Below the pieces are notes generated by a model, which saw only the letters and a program-made list of their open reading frames with translations, was not told the origin of the DNA and made no database searches. The position numbers were made by a program, and so were the translations under genes. A DNA stretch of 64,000 nucleotides from Hyphomonadaceae bacterium (lineage in GTDB: Bacteria; Pseudomonadota; Alphaproteobacteria; Caulobacterales; Hyphomonadaceae), in the NCBI GenBank assembly GCA_028285145.1, contig JANQQC010000006.1, positions 12,025 to 76,024 of the forward strand. Reading direction: 5' to 3'. The first letter of the stretch is position 1. Each line of letters opens with the position of its first letter. Positions 28,263-38,360 of this stretch are shown in pieces.

Positions 28263-31200
28263 CTACGCTGCAACGAGGTCCTCAGCAGTGCCGAGATCGA
28301 CGGACACCAGCTTCGAGACACCCTTGTCACGCATTGTCACGCCGAACAGGCGATCCATCCGGCTCATCGTTACAGCGTTGTGCGTGATAATAACAAAACG
28401 CGTGTCGGTGCGCTTTCGCATCTCGTTCAACATGCGGCAGAACCGATCGACATTCGCATCGTCCAGCGGGGCATCGACCTCATCGAGCACGCAAATCGGG
28501 GCAGGGCGCGACAGGAAGACTGCGAAGATCAGAGCCGCCGCCGTCAATGCCTGCTCGCCGCCCGACATGAGATTCAGTGTTCCAAGGCGTTTGCCGGGTG
28601 GCTGGGCCATAATCTCGAGTCCTGCGGCGAGCGGGTCCTCGGCGTCCACGAGTTTCAATTCGGCCTGTCCTCCACGGAAAAGAGTCGTGAACAGGGCCTG
28701 GAAGTGCTCGTTGACGGTTTCGAATGCGGCCAGAAGCCGGTCGCGGCCTTCGCTGTTCAGCGCGTCCACGCCTTCGCGCAGTTTCGCAATTGCGGCGGTT
28801 AAGTCTGCTTTTTCTTCTGCCTGCGCGCCCATGCGTTCGGCCAGCTCTTCAGCCTCTTCCTCAGCGTCCATGTTGACGCCGCCCAGACCGTCGCGCTGGC
28901 GTTTGAGATCATCAGCGCGGCTTTCTGCCTCCCGCTGATCGAGAGCTTCGATAACTTCATCCTCAAGCCCGGCGGCAGCGAGCGTTAGCAGGCCCTCTGG
29001 CGCGCGCCCGAACTGATGGCGGGCCGTCTCCACCGATTCAGAGTAACGCCCTTCCGCATTTTCCAGTCGCACCTTGCTGCCGGCCAGTTCTTCACGCGCT
29101 GTGGATGCCGCGGCCGAAGCGTCGCGGGCGGCTGTCTCTGCTTCACGAACGACGGATTCCTTGGTCGCGAGCGCGTCAGCAGCGGCTTTTCGTTCGGTTT
29201 CCTGCGCTTCGACCTCAGCGCGCCGCGCTTCGAGGTCAGCGGCAAGCGCTTTGGGCCGGGCACCGATGGTTTCGGCTTCTTTTGACGCCTCTGACCGCCG
29301 GGCAAGAAGACGCTCCTCGCGCTCAGCCGAGGCTGTTGCGCGCGCCGACCATCTTTCAACATCGCGCGTCAGCCCATCGCGACGTGCCAGCGCCTGTTCC
29401 CGGCCGCGCGTTAAGTCTGTCAAACGCCCCCGGGCTTCTATTTCGGCTTCTCTTGCTTTCGTCAGGCTGGTGCGGGCCGCCTCCAGCGCGCTTTCGAGTT
29501 GAGCCTCATCACCGTTTTCAGAGATCGGGTCGATCAGAGCGATTGCCTCGTTCACAGCAAGCAGATCGCTCTCAGCGCGAGCGAGTGCATCATTGGCGCT
29601 GTCGCGTCTCATGGCGGCGCGCTCGGCCGATTGTTTCGCGGCCGCAAGACCGGTCCGCGCTTCGTTCAGGGCGTTTGCGAGGGGAGCGAGAGTGGTGCGT
29701 GCTTCACGAAGGGCCTGCTCGGCTTCTGCGCGTGCCGCTGCAGCATCTGAGAAGTCTGCGTCGGCGGCGTCCACTGCTGCCTTTGCGGGCTCGAGATCAG
29801 CTTGCGCCGCTTCAAGGCGCGCCTGCTGTTCAAGTCGCGCAGCAGCCGAGACGGGCGCGTCTGGTGTTCGCTTGAAGCCATCCCAGCGCCAGAGATGACC
29901 CTCGGTCGACACAAGCCGCTGGCCCGGCATCAGTTGGGCGGCTAGTTTTTCTCCTGCCGCAATGGGAACCACACCGCATTGGGACAAGCGTGCGCTGAGC
30001 TCCCCCGGAGCGTCGACGAAATCGGTGAGTGGGGCCGCGCCATCGGGGAGAGACTGGCTGATGGCATCTGCGCCGCCCCAGTGGAGTGCGGCCTGCTTAT
30101 CTGTTGGAGCCTGAAGATCATCACCGATCGCGGCGGCGACAGCTTTCTCATAGCCGTCCCGTGTCCGGATGCGCTCAATCACCGGTGGAGCAGCCGGCCC
30201 TTCAGCCTTGCGTAGCAGGCGCGTAAGGCCAGCAATCTCGACCTCCAGCGCGCTGAGTTTGGCCCTTGCATCTGTACGCGGGCCTTCAGTGGTTTCTTCT
30301 GCTGCGCGGGTGCCGTTGAGCACCTCTTCGGCAGCATCAACAGCTCGTTCGGCATCGTGCAGGGCACGTTCTGCCTGCTTTTCCTGCGCCTCTGCCGCCA
30401 TGACGGCCTGAGACAGGCTGTCGGCGTCTTCAACGCTGGCTAGCTGGCCCTGAACGCGCTCGATGTCCGCCCTCAATTGCTCGGCGCGGCGACGCTGCGC
30501 ATCTGCGTTGGCTGATGCAGCGCGGCGGCTTGCGCGGACTTCCGACAAGGCGGCCTGTGCAGCATCTGTCGCAATCTCGGAGGCTTGAAGTTTTTCACGG
30601 GCAGCTTCGAGGTCTGAGCGGACCTTGGCTTCCTGAGCGTCGCTCTGGGTTTCGTCTTCCGCCGGAAGGGCGGCCAGCTCGGCCCGAGCCTGCTCCGCTG
30701 CGGCTTCGGCTTCGGCCTTTGCATCCTGCTCGCGCGCAATGTCCTCAGCGAGGCGCGAGGCTTCTGCATCGAGACGGGCTGCGGCTTCAACTGCCGCATC
30801 GCGCTCGGTTTCGAGTTTGGCGAGCGCAATCCGCGCCTGGCCCAGCTTTGCAGCGGAGAGGCTTTCCGCCGTTCGCAGCGCGCCAAGGCCTTCGTTAGCT
30901 TCTAGACTTGCGCGTTCTGCAATGGCGTCCGCGCGTGTGAGCGTTTCAACAGTATCCTTGGCCTCGTCCAGTGCAGCCCGCGCCGTGTCGAGACCCGCTT
31001 TCGCATTCGTCCATTTCAAATGCGCAATGAAGGCTTCCAGCGCTGCAATCTCTTCGGCGAGCGCCTTGTACTTGCGGGCCTTGCGCGCCTGCCGTTTGAG
31101 GCTTTCCAGCTGGCGTTCAACTTCGGCGGAGACTTCGGTCAGGCGTTCGAGATTGTTTTCCGCACCGCGCAGTTTCAGCTCAGCCTCGTGCCGGCGGCTG

Positions 31201-31721
31201 TTGAGGCCGGCGATCCCGGCGGCCTCTTCAAGGATACGGCGGCGGTTTTGCGGCTTTGCGCCGATGAGTTCGGATATCTGGCCCTGGCGGACGAGGGCGG
31301 GGGAGTTGGCCCCCGTGGAAGCGTCGGCGAATAAGAGTTGGATATCCTTGCCGCGAACCGTGCGCCCGTTGAGCTTGTAGGTCGAGCCTGCGCCGCGTCT
31401 GAGCCTGCGAAGGATTTCCAGCTGGTCGGAACCGTTGAACTCGGCCGGCGCAGTGCGTTTGGTGTTATCCAGAACCAGCGTGACTTCGGCGGTTTCACGG
31501 GCCGGACGATCCGAAGAGCCCGAGAAAATGAGGTCGTCCATTTCGCCGCCACGCATGGCGCGAGCAGAGCTTGCGCCCATCGCCCAGCGCAAGGCTTCAA
31601 GAAGGTTCGACTTGCCGCAGCCATTTGGGCCGACAATACCTGTCAGTCCGGGCTCAATGGGCAGATCCTGCGGATCGACAAAGGATTTGAAGCCGGCAAT
31701 GCGTACTTCGGTAATGTGCAT
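28263..31721 (-). CDS. smc: Chromosome segregation protein SMC
   Basis: 1152 aa. It has Walker A (GPNGCGKSN), long Ala/Glu/Arg coiled coils and a hinge. The C-terminal signature is LSGGEQALTAAAL and Walker B is ICVLDEVDAPLD. Confidence 0.95.
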   Translation of the reverse strand: MHITEVRIAGFKSFVDPQDLPIEPGLTGIVGPNGCGKSNLLEALRWAMGASSARAMRGGEMDDLIFSGSSDRPARETAEVTLVLDNTKRTAPAEFNGSDQLEILRRLRRGAGSTYKLNGRTVRGKDIQLLFADASTGANSPALVRQGQISELIGAKPQNRRRILEEAAGIAGLNSRRHEAELKLRGAENNLERLTEVSAEVERQLESLKRQARKARKYKALAEEIAALEAFIAHLKWTNAKAGLDTARAALDEAKDTVETLTRADAIAERASLEANEGLGALRTAESLSAAKLGQARIALAKLETERDAAVEAAARLDAEASRLAEDIAREQDAKAEAEAAAEQARAELAALPAEDETQSDAQEAKVRSDLEAAREKLQASEIATDAAQAALSEVRASRRAASANADAQRRRAEQLRADIERVQGQLASVEDADSLSQAVMAAEAQEKQAERALHDAERAVDAAEEVLNGTRAAEETTEGPRTDARAKLSALEVEIAGLTRLLRKAEGPAAPPVIERIRTRDGYEKAVAAAIGDDLQAPTDKQAALHWGGADAISQSLPDGAAPLTDFVDAPGELSARLSQCGVVPIAAGEKLAAQLMPGQRLVSTEGHLWRWDGFKRTPDAPVSAAARLEQQARLEAAQADLEPAKAAVDAADADFSDAAAARAEAEQALREARTTLAPLANALNEARTGLAAAKQSAERAAMRRDSANDALARAESDLLAVNEAIALIDPISENGDEAQLESALEAARTSLTKAREAEIEARGRLTDLTRGREQALARRDGLTRDVERWSARATASAEREERLLARRSEASKEAETIGARPKALAADLEARRAEVEAQETERKAAADALATKESVVREAETAARDASAAASTAREELAGSKVRLENAEGRYSESVETARHQFGRAPEGLLTLAAAGLEDEVIEALDQREAESRADDLKRQRDGLGGVNMDAEEEAEELAERMGAQAEEKADLTAAIAKLREGVDALNSEGRDRLLAAFETVNEHFQALFTTLFRGGQAELKLVDAEDPLAAGLEIMAQPPGKRLGTLNLMSGGEQALTAAALIFAVFLSRPAPICVLDEVDAPLDDANVDRFCRMLNEMRKRTDTRFVIITHNAVTMSRMDRLFGVTMRDKGVSKLVSVDLGTAEDLVAA

Positions 31722-31739
31722 GCCGGCCCCCTGTTCGGG

Positions 31740-32462
31740 TTACTGCGCGGGTTCTTCGGCAGGCGCGTCTGCCGTGTCTTCAGCTTCGACAGCCGGTTCG
31801 ACGCCCAGCGCCTCGTCCAGAATGGCGGCAAGGCCTTCCGGTGTGTACCAGGTTTCGGTGCGTTCGATGCGGCGGCCGTCAACGAAGAGGGTTGGGGTCG
31901 AGTTCACGCCGCGATCCTGACCGGCGATCACAACATCAGCGATCGCATTGCGGATGTCGCTATCTTCAAGGCAGGCGTCCAGTTCGGCTTCCGTTTCAAT
32001 GCCATGGCGCGCGGCGACGGCCTGAAGCGCGCCCTTGGCAGCCCCGGCGCGCGTTGCCGAGAGAATGCCATTCTGGTTGCGCATCAGATCATCCACAACG
32101 TCGTAATACTTGTCCTCGCCAGCGCATCGCGCGATTGCAAAGCCGGCAATGGCGACGTTCTGTGGTGGTGTAGGAAAGTCGCGGAAGACGAACCGGACTT
32201 TGCCCGTATCGACATAGTTCGTCTTGATGTCTGGCAGTACTTCGGTGTGGAACGTTGCGCAGTGAGGGCAGGTGATCGAGGCATACTCAACAAGCGTCAC
32301 CGGCGCATTCACATCACCCAAGACGATATCGTGCGGACCAAGGCCAGTGTCACCAGACGTCTGTGCGGCGGCATCTGAACTGTCAGACGCGCCGCACGCG
32401 GCTAGTGCGGCAGCAGAAATGATGGCGATTGCCGCCCGGCGGAGAGAAGCGTTGAACTGCAT
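31740..32462 (-). CDS. DsbA-family thiol:disulfide oxidoreductase (exported)
   Basis: It has a signal/lipobox (AALAAC) and the active site CPHC in a thioredoxin fold. Confidence 0.85.
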   Translation of the reverse strand: MQFNASLRRAAIAIISAAALAACGASDSSDAAAQTSGDTGLGPHDIVLGDVNAPVTLVEYASITCPHCATFHTEVLPDIKTNYVDTGKVRFVFRDFPTPPQNVAIAGFAIARCAGEDKYYDVVDDLMRNQNGILSATRAGAAKGALQAVAARHGIETEAELDACLEDSDIRNAIADVVIAGQDRGVNSTPTLFVDGRRIERTETWYTPEGLAAILDEALGVEPAVEAEDTADAPAEEPAQ

Positions 32463-32525
32463 GATCTGTCCTTAGTGGATGAGTCGGAAGCCTTGCCAAT
32501 TGGTTAAGGGATCGGCCCGTTTTGT

Positions 32526-33065
32526 TTACCTTTGGCGCGATAGCACGGCCCGGCCGAGGCTCACAATCGCATCTCGCAGGGCTGGGTCTTCTATGTTTGC
32601 GGCTTTTTCCTGAAGCTCGCGAAATTCCTCGGGCGTTAGCGATCTGGCGGGTTCCGGTTTGCTTTGAGGTGGCGCGCCGGGATGGAGCTGCCCTTGTACG
32701 AGCTTCAGCCGGGTGATGTCCCCTCCCATTGAGGCAGAGACCCGCTGGCGGATCGTCTCGCTCTGATGCTGAATCATCGGGGCGGCGGCTGGAATGACCC
32801 GCAGGGTGAGGATTCGGCCATCTTTGGAGGCGGCGATTTTTTCCGGCCGGCAGAACTTCGCGATCTGCTCGCCGACAATGTCGCTCCAGCGTGTTTTGAG
32901 CTTGGCAATGGCCGGACCCTTGTCAGGGATGGTTTTCCGAGCGAGGCGCTGAAGAGCAAGCCCGACTGGCTTGGCAGGCTGGCGAAGGGCGCGCGCACGC
33001 CTATGTCGAAGCCGGATACGGGCTTCAGCTTCGGCAATGGGGTCGAGCGTGGAACGGTCCGCCAT
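32526..33065 (-). CDS. DUF721 domain protein (DciA-family-like)
   Basis: The W.DIVGEQIA...L.LRV....A..IQ pattern is typical of DUF721. The ATG at 33065 gives a 50-nt divergent spacer to mutY. Confidence 0.65.
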   Translation of the reverse strand: MADRSTLDPIAEAEARIRLRHRRARALRQPAKPVGLALQRLARKTIPDKGPAIAKLKTRWSDIVGEQIAKFCRPEKIAASKDGRILTLRVIPAAAPMIQHQSETIRQRVSASMGGDITRLKLVQGQLHPGAPPQSKPEPARSLTPEEFRELQEKAANIEDPALRDAIVSLGRAVLSRQR

Positions 33066-33115
33066 TTGGGGACAGTGCCGCGTGAAAGCGGCGAAGGGAA
33101 GGCGGTCATCATTCG

Positions 33116-34150
33116 ATGCACAAGGATTTGAACACGCTGCCGGAGCTTCTGCTTGACTGGTATGACCGCGCCGCCCGCGACCTGCCATGGAGAACGGGGC
33201 CGAAGGCGCGCGCAGAAGGGCAGCGCCCGGACCCTTACCGAGTCTGGTTATCTGAGATCATGCTGCAGCAGACGACCGTGCCTCATGCGGCGAGATACTT
33301 TGCCGAGTTCACCCGGCGCTGGCCCACTGTGGAGGCGCTGGCCGAGGCTGAGGATGCCGACGTTATGGCGGCCTGGGCCGGGCTCGGCTACTATGCGAGG
33401 GCGCGCAACCTCCTCAAATGCGCGCGGGAAGTTGCAGCCCTGGGCGCGTTCCCGGAAACGGAAGCCGACCTGCTCAAGTTGCCGGGTATCGGCCCCTATA
33501 CGGCCGGGGCCATCGCAGCGATTGCCTTCGATCAACGCGCGGCGGCGGTGGACGGCAATGTCGATCGGGTCTTTGCAAGATTGCTGGCACTGAAGGGCGA
33601 GTGGAAAGCCGAGAAGAAGGTAGTTGCAGAGACGGTACGGGAGTTGGTGCCGAACATGCGGTCCGGGGAGTTCGCCGAAGCCCTCATGGATCTCGGGGCG
33701 ACGATCTGCACGCCAAAGTCGCCCAATTGCCTTATTTGCCCTTTGTCGGAGCTATGCATGGCGCGCGCGGAAGGTGATCCTGACCGTTATCCCGTAAAGC
33801 CCGCCAAGCTGAAAAAGCCGACGCGGCGCGGTGCGGCGTTTGTTTTGATCGATGGTGGTGAGGTGCTGCTAGAGCGCCGGCCGAACAAGGGATTGCTCGG
33901 TGGTATGGTTGGCCTGCCGGGGTCAGTCTGGGCAGAGGATGGAGACGCCGGCGTCGCGAAAGCCCCTGCTGAGGCAGACTGGCGTGAAATCGGTGAGGTG
34001 CGCCATGTGTTCACGCATTTCTCGCTGGAACTTACGGTGTGGCGCGCTGATCTCAACGGCGAGCGCCCCGACGGCTTATGGACACCGTTGGGCGAAGTCT
34101 CTGGCTTACCGAGCGTGTTTGGAAAGGCCTGGGCGCTAGCACGGAGCTGA
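33116..34150 (+). CDS. mutY: A/G-specific adenine DNA glycosylase
   Basis: It has SEIMLQQTTV and the HhH-GPD motif (LPGIGPYTAGAI). It also has the 4Fe-4S loop CTPKSPNCLICPLSELC and a C-terminal NUDIX-like domain. Confidence 0.9.
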   Translation: MHKDLNTLPELLLDWYDRAARDLPWRTGPKARAEGQRPDPYRVWLSEIMLQQTTVPHAARYFAEFTRRWPTVEALAEAEDADVMAAWAGLGYYARARNLLKCAREVAALGAFPETEADLLKLPGIGPYTAGAIAAIAFDQRAAAVDGNVDRVFARLLALKGEWKAEKKVVAETVRELVPNMRSGEFAEALMDLGATICTPKSPNCLICPLSELCMARAEGDPDRYPVKPAKLKKPTRRGAAFVLIDGGEVLLERRPNKGLLGGMVGLPGSVWAEDGDAGVAKAPAEADWREIGEVRHVFTHFSLELTVWRADLNGERPDGLWTPLGEVSGLPSVFGKAWALARS

Positions 34151-34232
34151 CAAGTAAGTGGTTTTACGAAGTTGCTCGCTAGCGAAGCCATGCCAGCTTT
34201 CAAGCGTATACACTCAAACTCAGGAGACGCGT

Positions 34233-35566
<1,334 letters not shown>

Positions 35567-35629
35567 TCATGTTTGCAAGGCCGCATTGAGCGTCGATTTG
35601 GTAAAGACGGCCCTAAGACTCAGCAGGTT

Positions 35630-36763
35630 TCAGAGTTCGAGGCGCATCTGGCCGCCGGGACTTTCCCGGGGCCGGAACAGGTCGGTCCGGAGGGGCGGGC
35701 GTTCCGCATGCAGGCCAAACTGTTCGCGCGCCCTAGTGAAGCGTTTACCGATCAGAGCCGCGTAAGGGCCATTGCCTCGGCCACGTTTAAACCAGCGAGC
35801 ATCATAGTCTTTCCCGCCGCGCATTTCCCGAAGCAGATTAATCACCCGCGCCGCGCGGTCGGGGTAATGCTGAGCCAGCCATTCATGGAACAGGTCTTTC
35901 AGTTCGAAAGGCAGGCGCAGCATCACGAAGCCCGCTGCAGAAGCGCCGGCCTCTGAGGCGGCTTCGAGCACAGCTTCTATCTCCATATCATTCAAGGCCG
36001 GGATCAGCGGTGCATTCATCACAATCACCGGGATACCAGCTTCCGATAAAGCGCGAATGGTCTCGATGCGCTTGTGCGGGGCAGCCGCGCGTGGCTCCAT
36101 TGCCCGGGCCAGCTTTGGCTGCAAGGTTGTGACCGAAACGCCAACCCGGCAAAGGCCCTTTGCGGCCATGGGCGCAATCAGGTCAATATCACGCTGGATG
36201 AGCGCAGATTTGGTCAGCAGGCTGACCGGGTGATCATGATCGGAGAGAATCTGCAGCAACTGACGGGTCAGGCCCTGTTCACGCTCCACCGGTTGGAAAG
36301 CGTCTGTATTCACGCCAAGCGCGATGGGACGGGGGCGGTAGCCTGGTTTTGAAAGCTCCTGCCGCAACAATTCCGGTGCATTGGGCTTATGAAAAAGGCG
36401 ACTTTCGAAATCGAGCCCTGCCGACAGGCCCTGATAGGCATGGGTTGGCCGGGCAAAGCAGTAAACGCATCCATGCTCGCAGCCGCGATAAGGATTGATC
36501 GACCGGTCGAAATGAATGTCCGGCGACTTGTTGAAGGTAATGATCGTTTTCGCCTTCTCCGGGGTCAGCGTCGTGTCCAGCCGCGCCGCGTCTTCTTCGA
36601 TCGTGTCCCAGCCGTCATCATAGGCGTGACGGGTCTCGGGCTCGAACCGTCCAGTCTGGTTTGAAATAGCTCCGCGCCCGCGATGGTGGAAGCGTTCTGA
36701 CGCCTCTGCCGTCTCGGCAAGCGCGACGCGGCCTCTCGCTTTCAGTTTCTGTCCAAGTCTCAT
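35630..36763 (-). CDS. Radical SAM protein, PA0069 / SplB-like (COG1533) family
   Basis: It has the CEHGCVYC (Cx3Cx2C) cluster motif and an N-terminal HHRGRGAISNQTGRFE typical of this family. The ATG at 36763 is chosen; the 36928 start would overlap the upstream gene. Confidence 0.85.
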   Translation of the reverse strand: MRLGQKLKARGRVALAETAEASERFHHRGRGAISNQTGRFEPETRHAYDDGWDTIEEDAARLDTTLTPEKAKTIITFNKSPDIHFDRSINPYRGCEHGCVYCFARPTHAYQGLSAGLDFESRLFHKPNAPELLRQELSKPGYRPRPIALGVNTDAFQPVEREQGLTRQLLQILSDHDHPVSLLTKSALIQRDIDLIAPMAAKGLCRVGVSVTTLQPKLARAMEPRAAAPHKRIETIRALSEAGIPVIVMNAPLIPALNDMEIEAVLEAASEAGASAAGFVMLRLPFELKDLFHEWLAQHYPDRAARVINLLREMRGGKDYDARWFKRGRGNGPYAALIGKRFTRAREQFGLHAERPPLRTDLFRPRESPGGQMRLEL

Positions 36764-36788
36764 GCATCGGAAGACATCACAAGAATTG

Positions 36789-36803
36789 GAACATAACAAG
36801 AAC
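36789..36803 (-). promoter_or_regulatory. Alphaproteobacterial-type SOS (LexA) box, GTTC-N7-GTTC
   Basis: The plus strand reads GAACATAACAAGAAC. In gene orientation this is GTTCTTGTTATGTTC, 26-40 nt upstream of the radical SAM ATG, inside a locally AT-rich 49-nt spacer. Confidence 0.6.
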
Positions 36804-36812
36804 AATAGGAAT

Positions 36813-37424
36813 TTATTCTTGTGGAGAAACGCTTCTGCGCCAGTTGGCCCAATCCTCACCGTCATCGATGTCGATGAGCGTGGGCAAGATTGCGACACGG
36901 GCGTCGCCGGGCAGGTTCGCGCGGACATCTTCCATAGCGTGCGGCCCGGACCATCGAACAGACGAGAAAGGGGAGTGTGTACGAAGTCGGTTATTCAGGC
37001 CGAATAGCCAGAAGCCGCCGTCTGTTGAGGGACCAAAGACAGCCCCCTTTCGTTTCAACGCTTTGAACGCCTGCCACAGAAGGGCAGGCGTGACATCGGG
37101 TGCGTCCGCGCCAATGAAGAGCAATGAGCCGTGCGGGTTGTCTTCCAATCCCCTGGTCAGTCGATCCCCGAGATTTCCGTGACCTTGGGAAGCGCGGGCC
37201 AGCCACGACGGCCAAAGCCCGCCCAGCGTGTCGCGCAGGGCAGCGTCGGGAGCGACATAAAGAATGGTTCGCCAGCGCTGGTCCGTCGCGGCGCGGATCG
37301 TTCGTGCCATAGTGAAGCGCGCGATCCGCGCGGCTTCCGTTCGCCCGAGCCCCGCCGCGAGACGTGTCTTGGAGAGTCCCATGCGCGGCGGCTTTGCAAA
37401 AATGAGAACGGTCCGGTCAGTCAT
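36813..37424 (-). CDS. DUF2064 family (CofC/MobA-like nucleotidyl- or glycosyl-transferase fold) protein
   Basis: It has LIFAKPPRMGLSKTRL at the N-terminus and GADAPD mid-protein. The ATG at 37424 overlaps the upstream stop by 8 nt. Confidence 0.75.
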   Translation of the reverse strand: MTDRTVLIFAKPPRMGLSKTRLAAGLGRTEAARIARFTMARTIRAATDQRWRTILYVAPDAALRDTLGGLWPSWLARASQGHGNLGDRLTRGLEDNPHGSLLFIGADAPDVTPALLWQAFKALKRKGAVFGPSTDGGFWLFGLNNRLRTHSPFSSVRWSGPHAMEDVRANLPGDARVAILPTLIDIDDGEDWANWRRSVSPQE

Positions 37425-38100
37425 AAGCGCGCGCCAGTTTTTCAGGGCTCGCGCCAAGATGGTGACGGATAATCAGCCAGGCGTTTCGATAGGCGCGCTT
37501 TCGCCAGCCATCGCGTTCATACTTGGCGGCCGATGTGCGGGCTTCGGCCGACAGGAGCGCCAACCGGGATTTGCCGATGGCGCGGACGAGCTTCACGTCC
37601 TCCATGAGAGGCACGTCTTCATAGCCGCCCGTCTCATCGTAGAGGGTTCGAGAAACCAGCAGGCCCTGATCGCCATAAGGTAGACCGAGCCAACGGGAGC
37701 GCCGGTTTGCGCGGGCGGCGAGCCACTTTGCCGGTGGCGCATCAGACCGGAAACGCAGAGAGAACGCGGCTGCCTTGTCCGGGCGGTCCGCCATATGGGT
37801 CAGCGTGCGTTCGGCCCAGTCCGGCGAGAGGGCCGTATCGGCGTGCAGGAAGAGCAGCCAGTCGCCACGTGCGGCAGCGGCCCCTTTGATCAATTGTCTG
37901 GCGCGGCCCGGTATACTGCCCAGAATGACCGCACCGCTCGCCTCCGCCATTTCGACGGTCGCGTCACTGGAGCCGCCGTCAACGAGGATCACTTCGCGGA
38001 TCAGGCCAGCACCCAGCCCAGGCATCAGGCTTTCGAGGCAGGCGGGCAGGTCTCCTTCAGCGTTCAGCGCCGGGATGATGATCGAGAGCGGCGCGGGCAT
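37417..38100 (-). CDS. Family 2 glycosyltransferase (small, DUF2064-partner type)
   Basis: It has SIIIPALNAE, VDGGSSD and LFLHADT motifs of the GT-A fold. 227 aa. Confidence 0.8.
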   Translation of the reverse strand: MPAPLSIIIPALNAEGDLPACLESLMPGLGAGLIREVILVDGGSSDATVEMAEASGAVILGSIPGRARQLIKGAAAARGDWLLFLHADTALSPDWAERTLTHMADRPDKAAAFSLRFRSDAPPAKWLAARANRRSRWLGLPYGDQGLLVSRTLYDETGGYEDVPLMEDVKLVRAIGKSRLALLSAEARTSAAKYERDGWRKRAYRNAWLIIRHHLGASPEKLARAYD

Positions 38101-38360
38101 CAGCTAAACCAGCTTGCGACCATCACGGCATTCATGACGACGTGCACCACCCGTCGAACAAACGGAACCATTGCGGCGACGGCACCCATAGCCGCGCCAA
38201 GCCCGGAACCAATCATTATTGCGAGATCGGTTGGCACTCCAATTATGGTCCAAGACAGCATGCCAATTATCAGCCCTGAGATAGATCCCACCAGCGCGAA
38301 CGTGATCCAGATAGAACCGACATGTTCAAGTTCTGTTTCTTTGGGGGACGCATTACTCAC
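38100..38360 (-). CDS. Small membrane protein (86 aa, 2-3 TM), unknown function
   Basis: It is hydrophobic and Gly-rich (helix-like segments). It is translationally coupled on both sides, overlapping by 4 nt and 1 nt. Confidence 0.5.
   Translation of the reverse strand: MSNASPKETELEHVGSIWITFALVGSISGLIIGMLSWTIIGVPTDLAIMIGSGLGAAMGAVAAMVPFVRRVVHVVMNAVMVASWFS

Noticed and set aside
28263-31721. Apparent DNA-level repetitiveness (GCC/GCG/GAG-rich periodic stretches) within smc, which could be mistaken for tandem repeats or an array.
   Set aside because: It encodes the Ala/Glu/Arg-rich coiled-coil arms of SMC. The reading frame is continuous and there are no exact repeat units or spacers.
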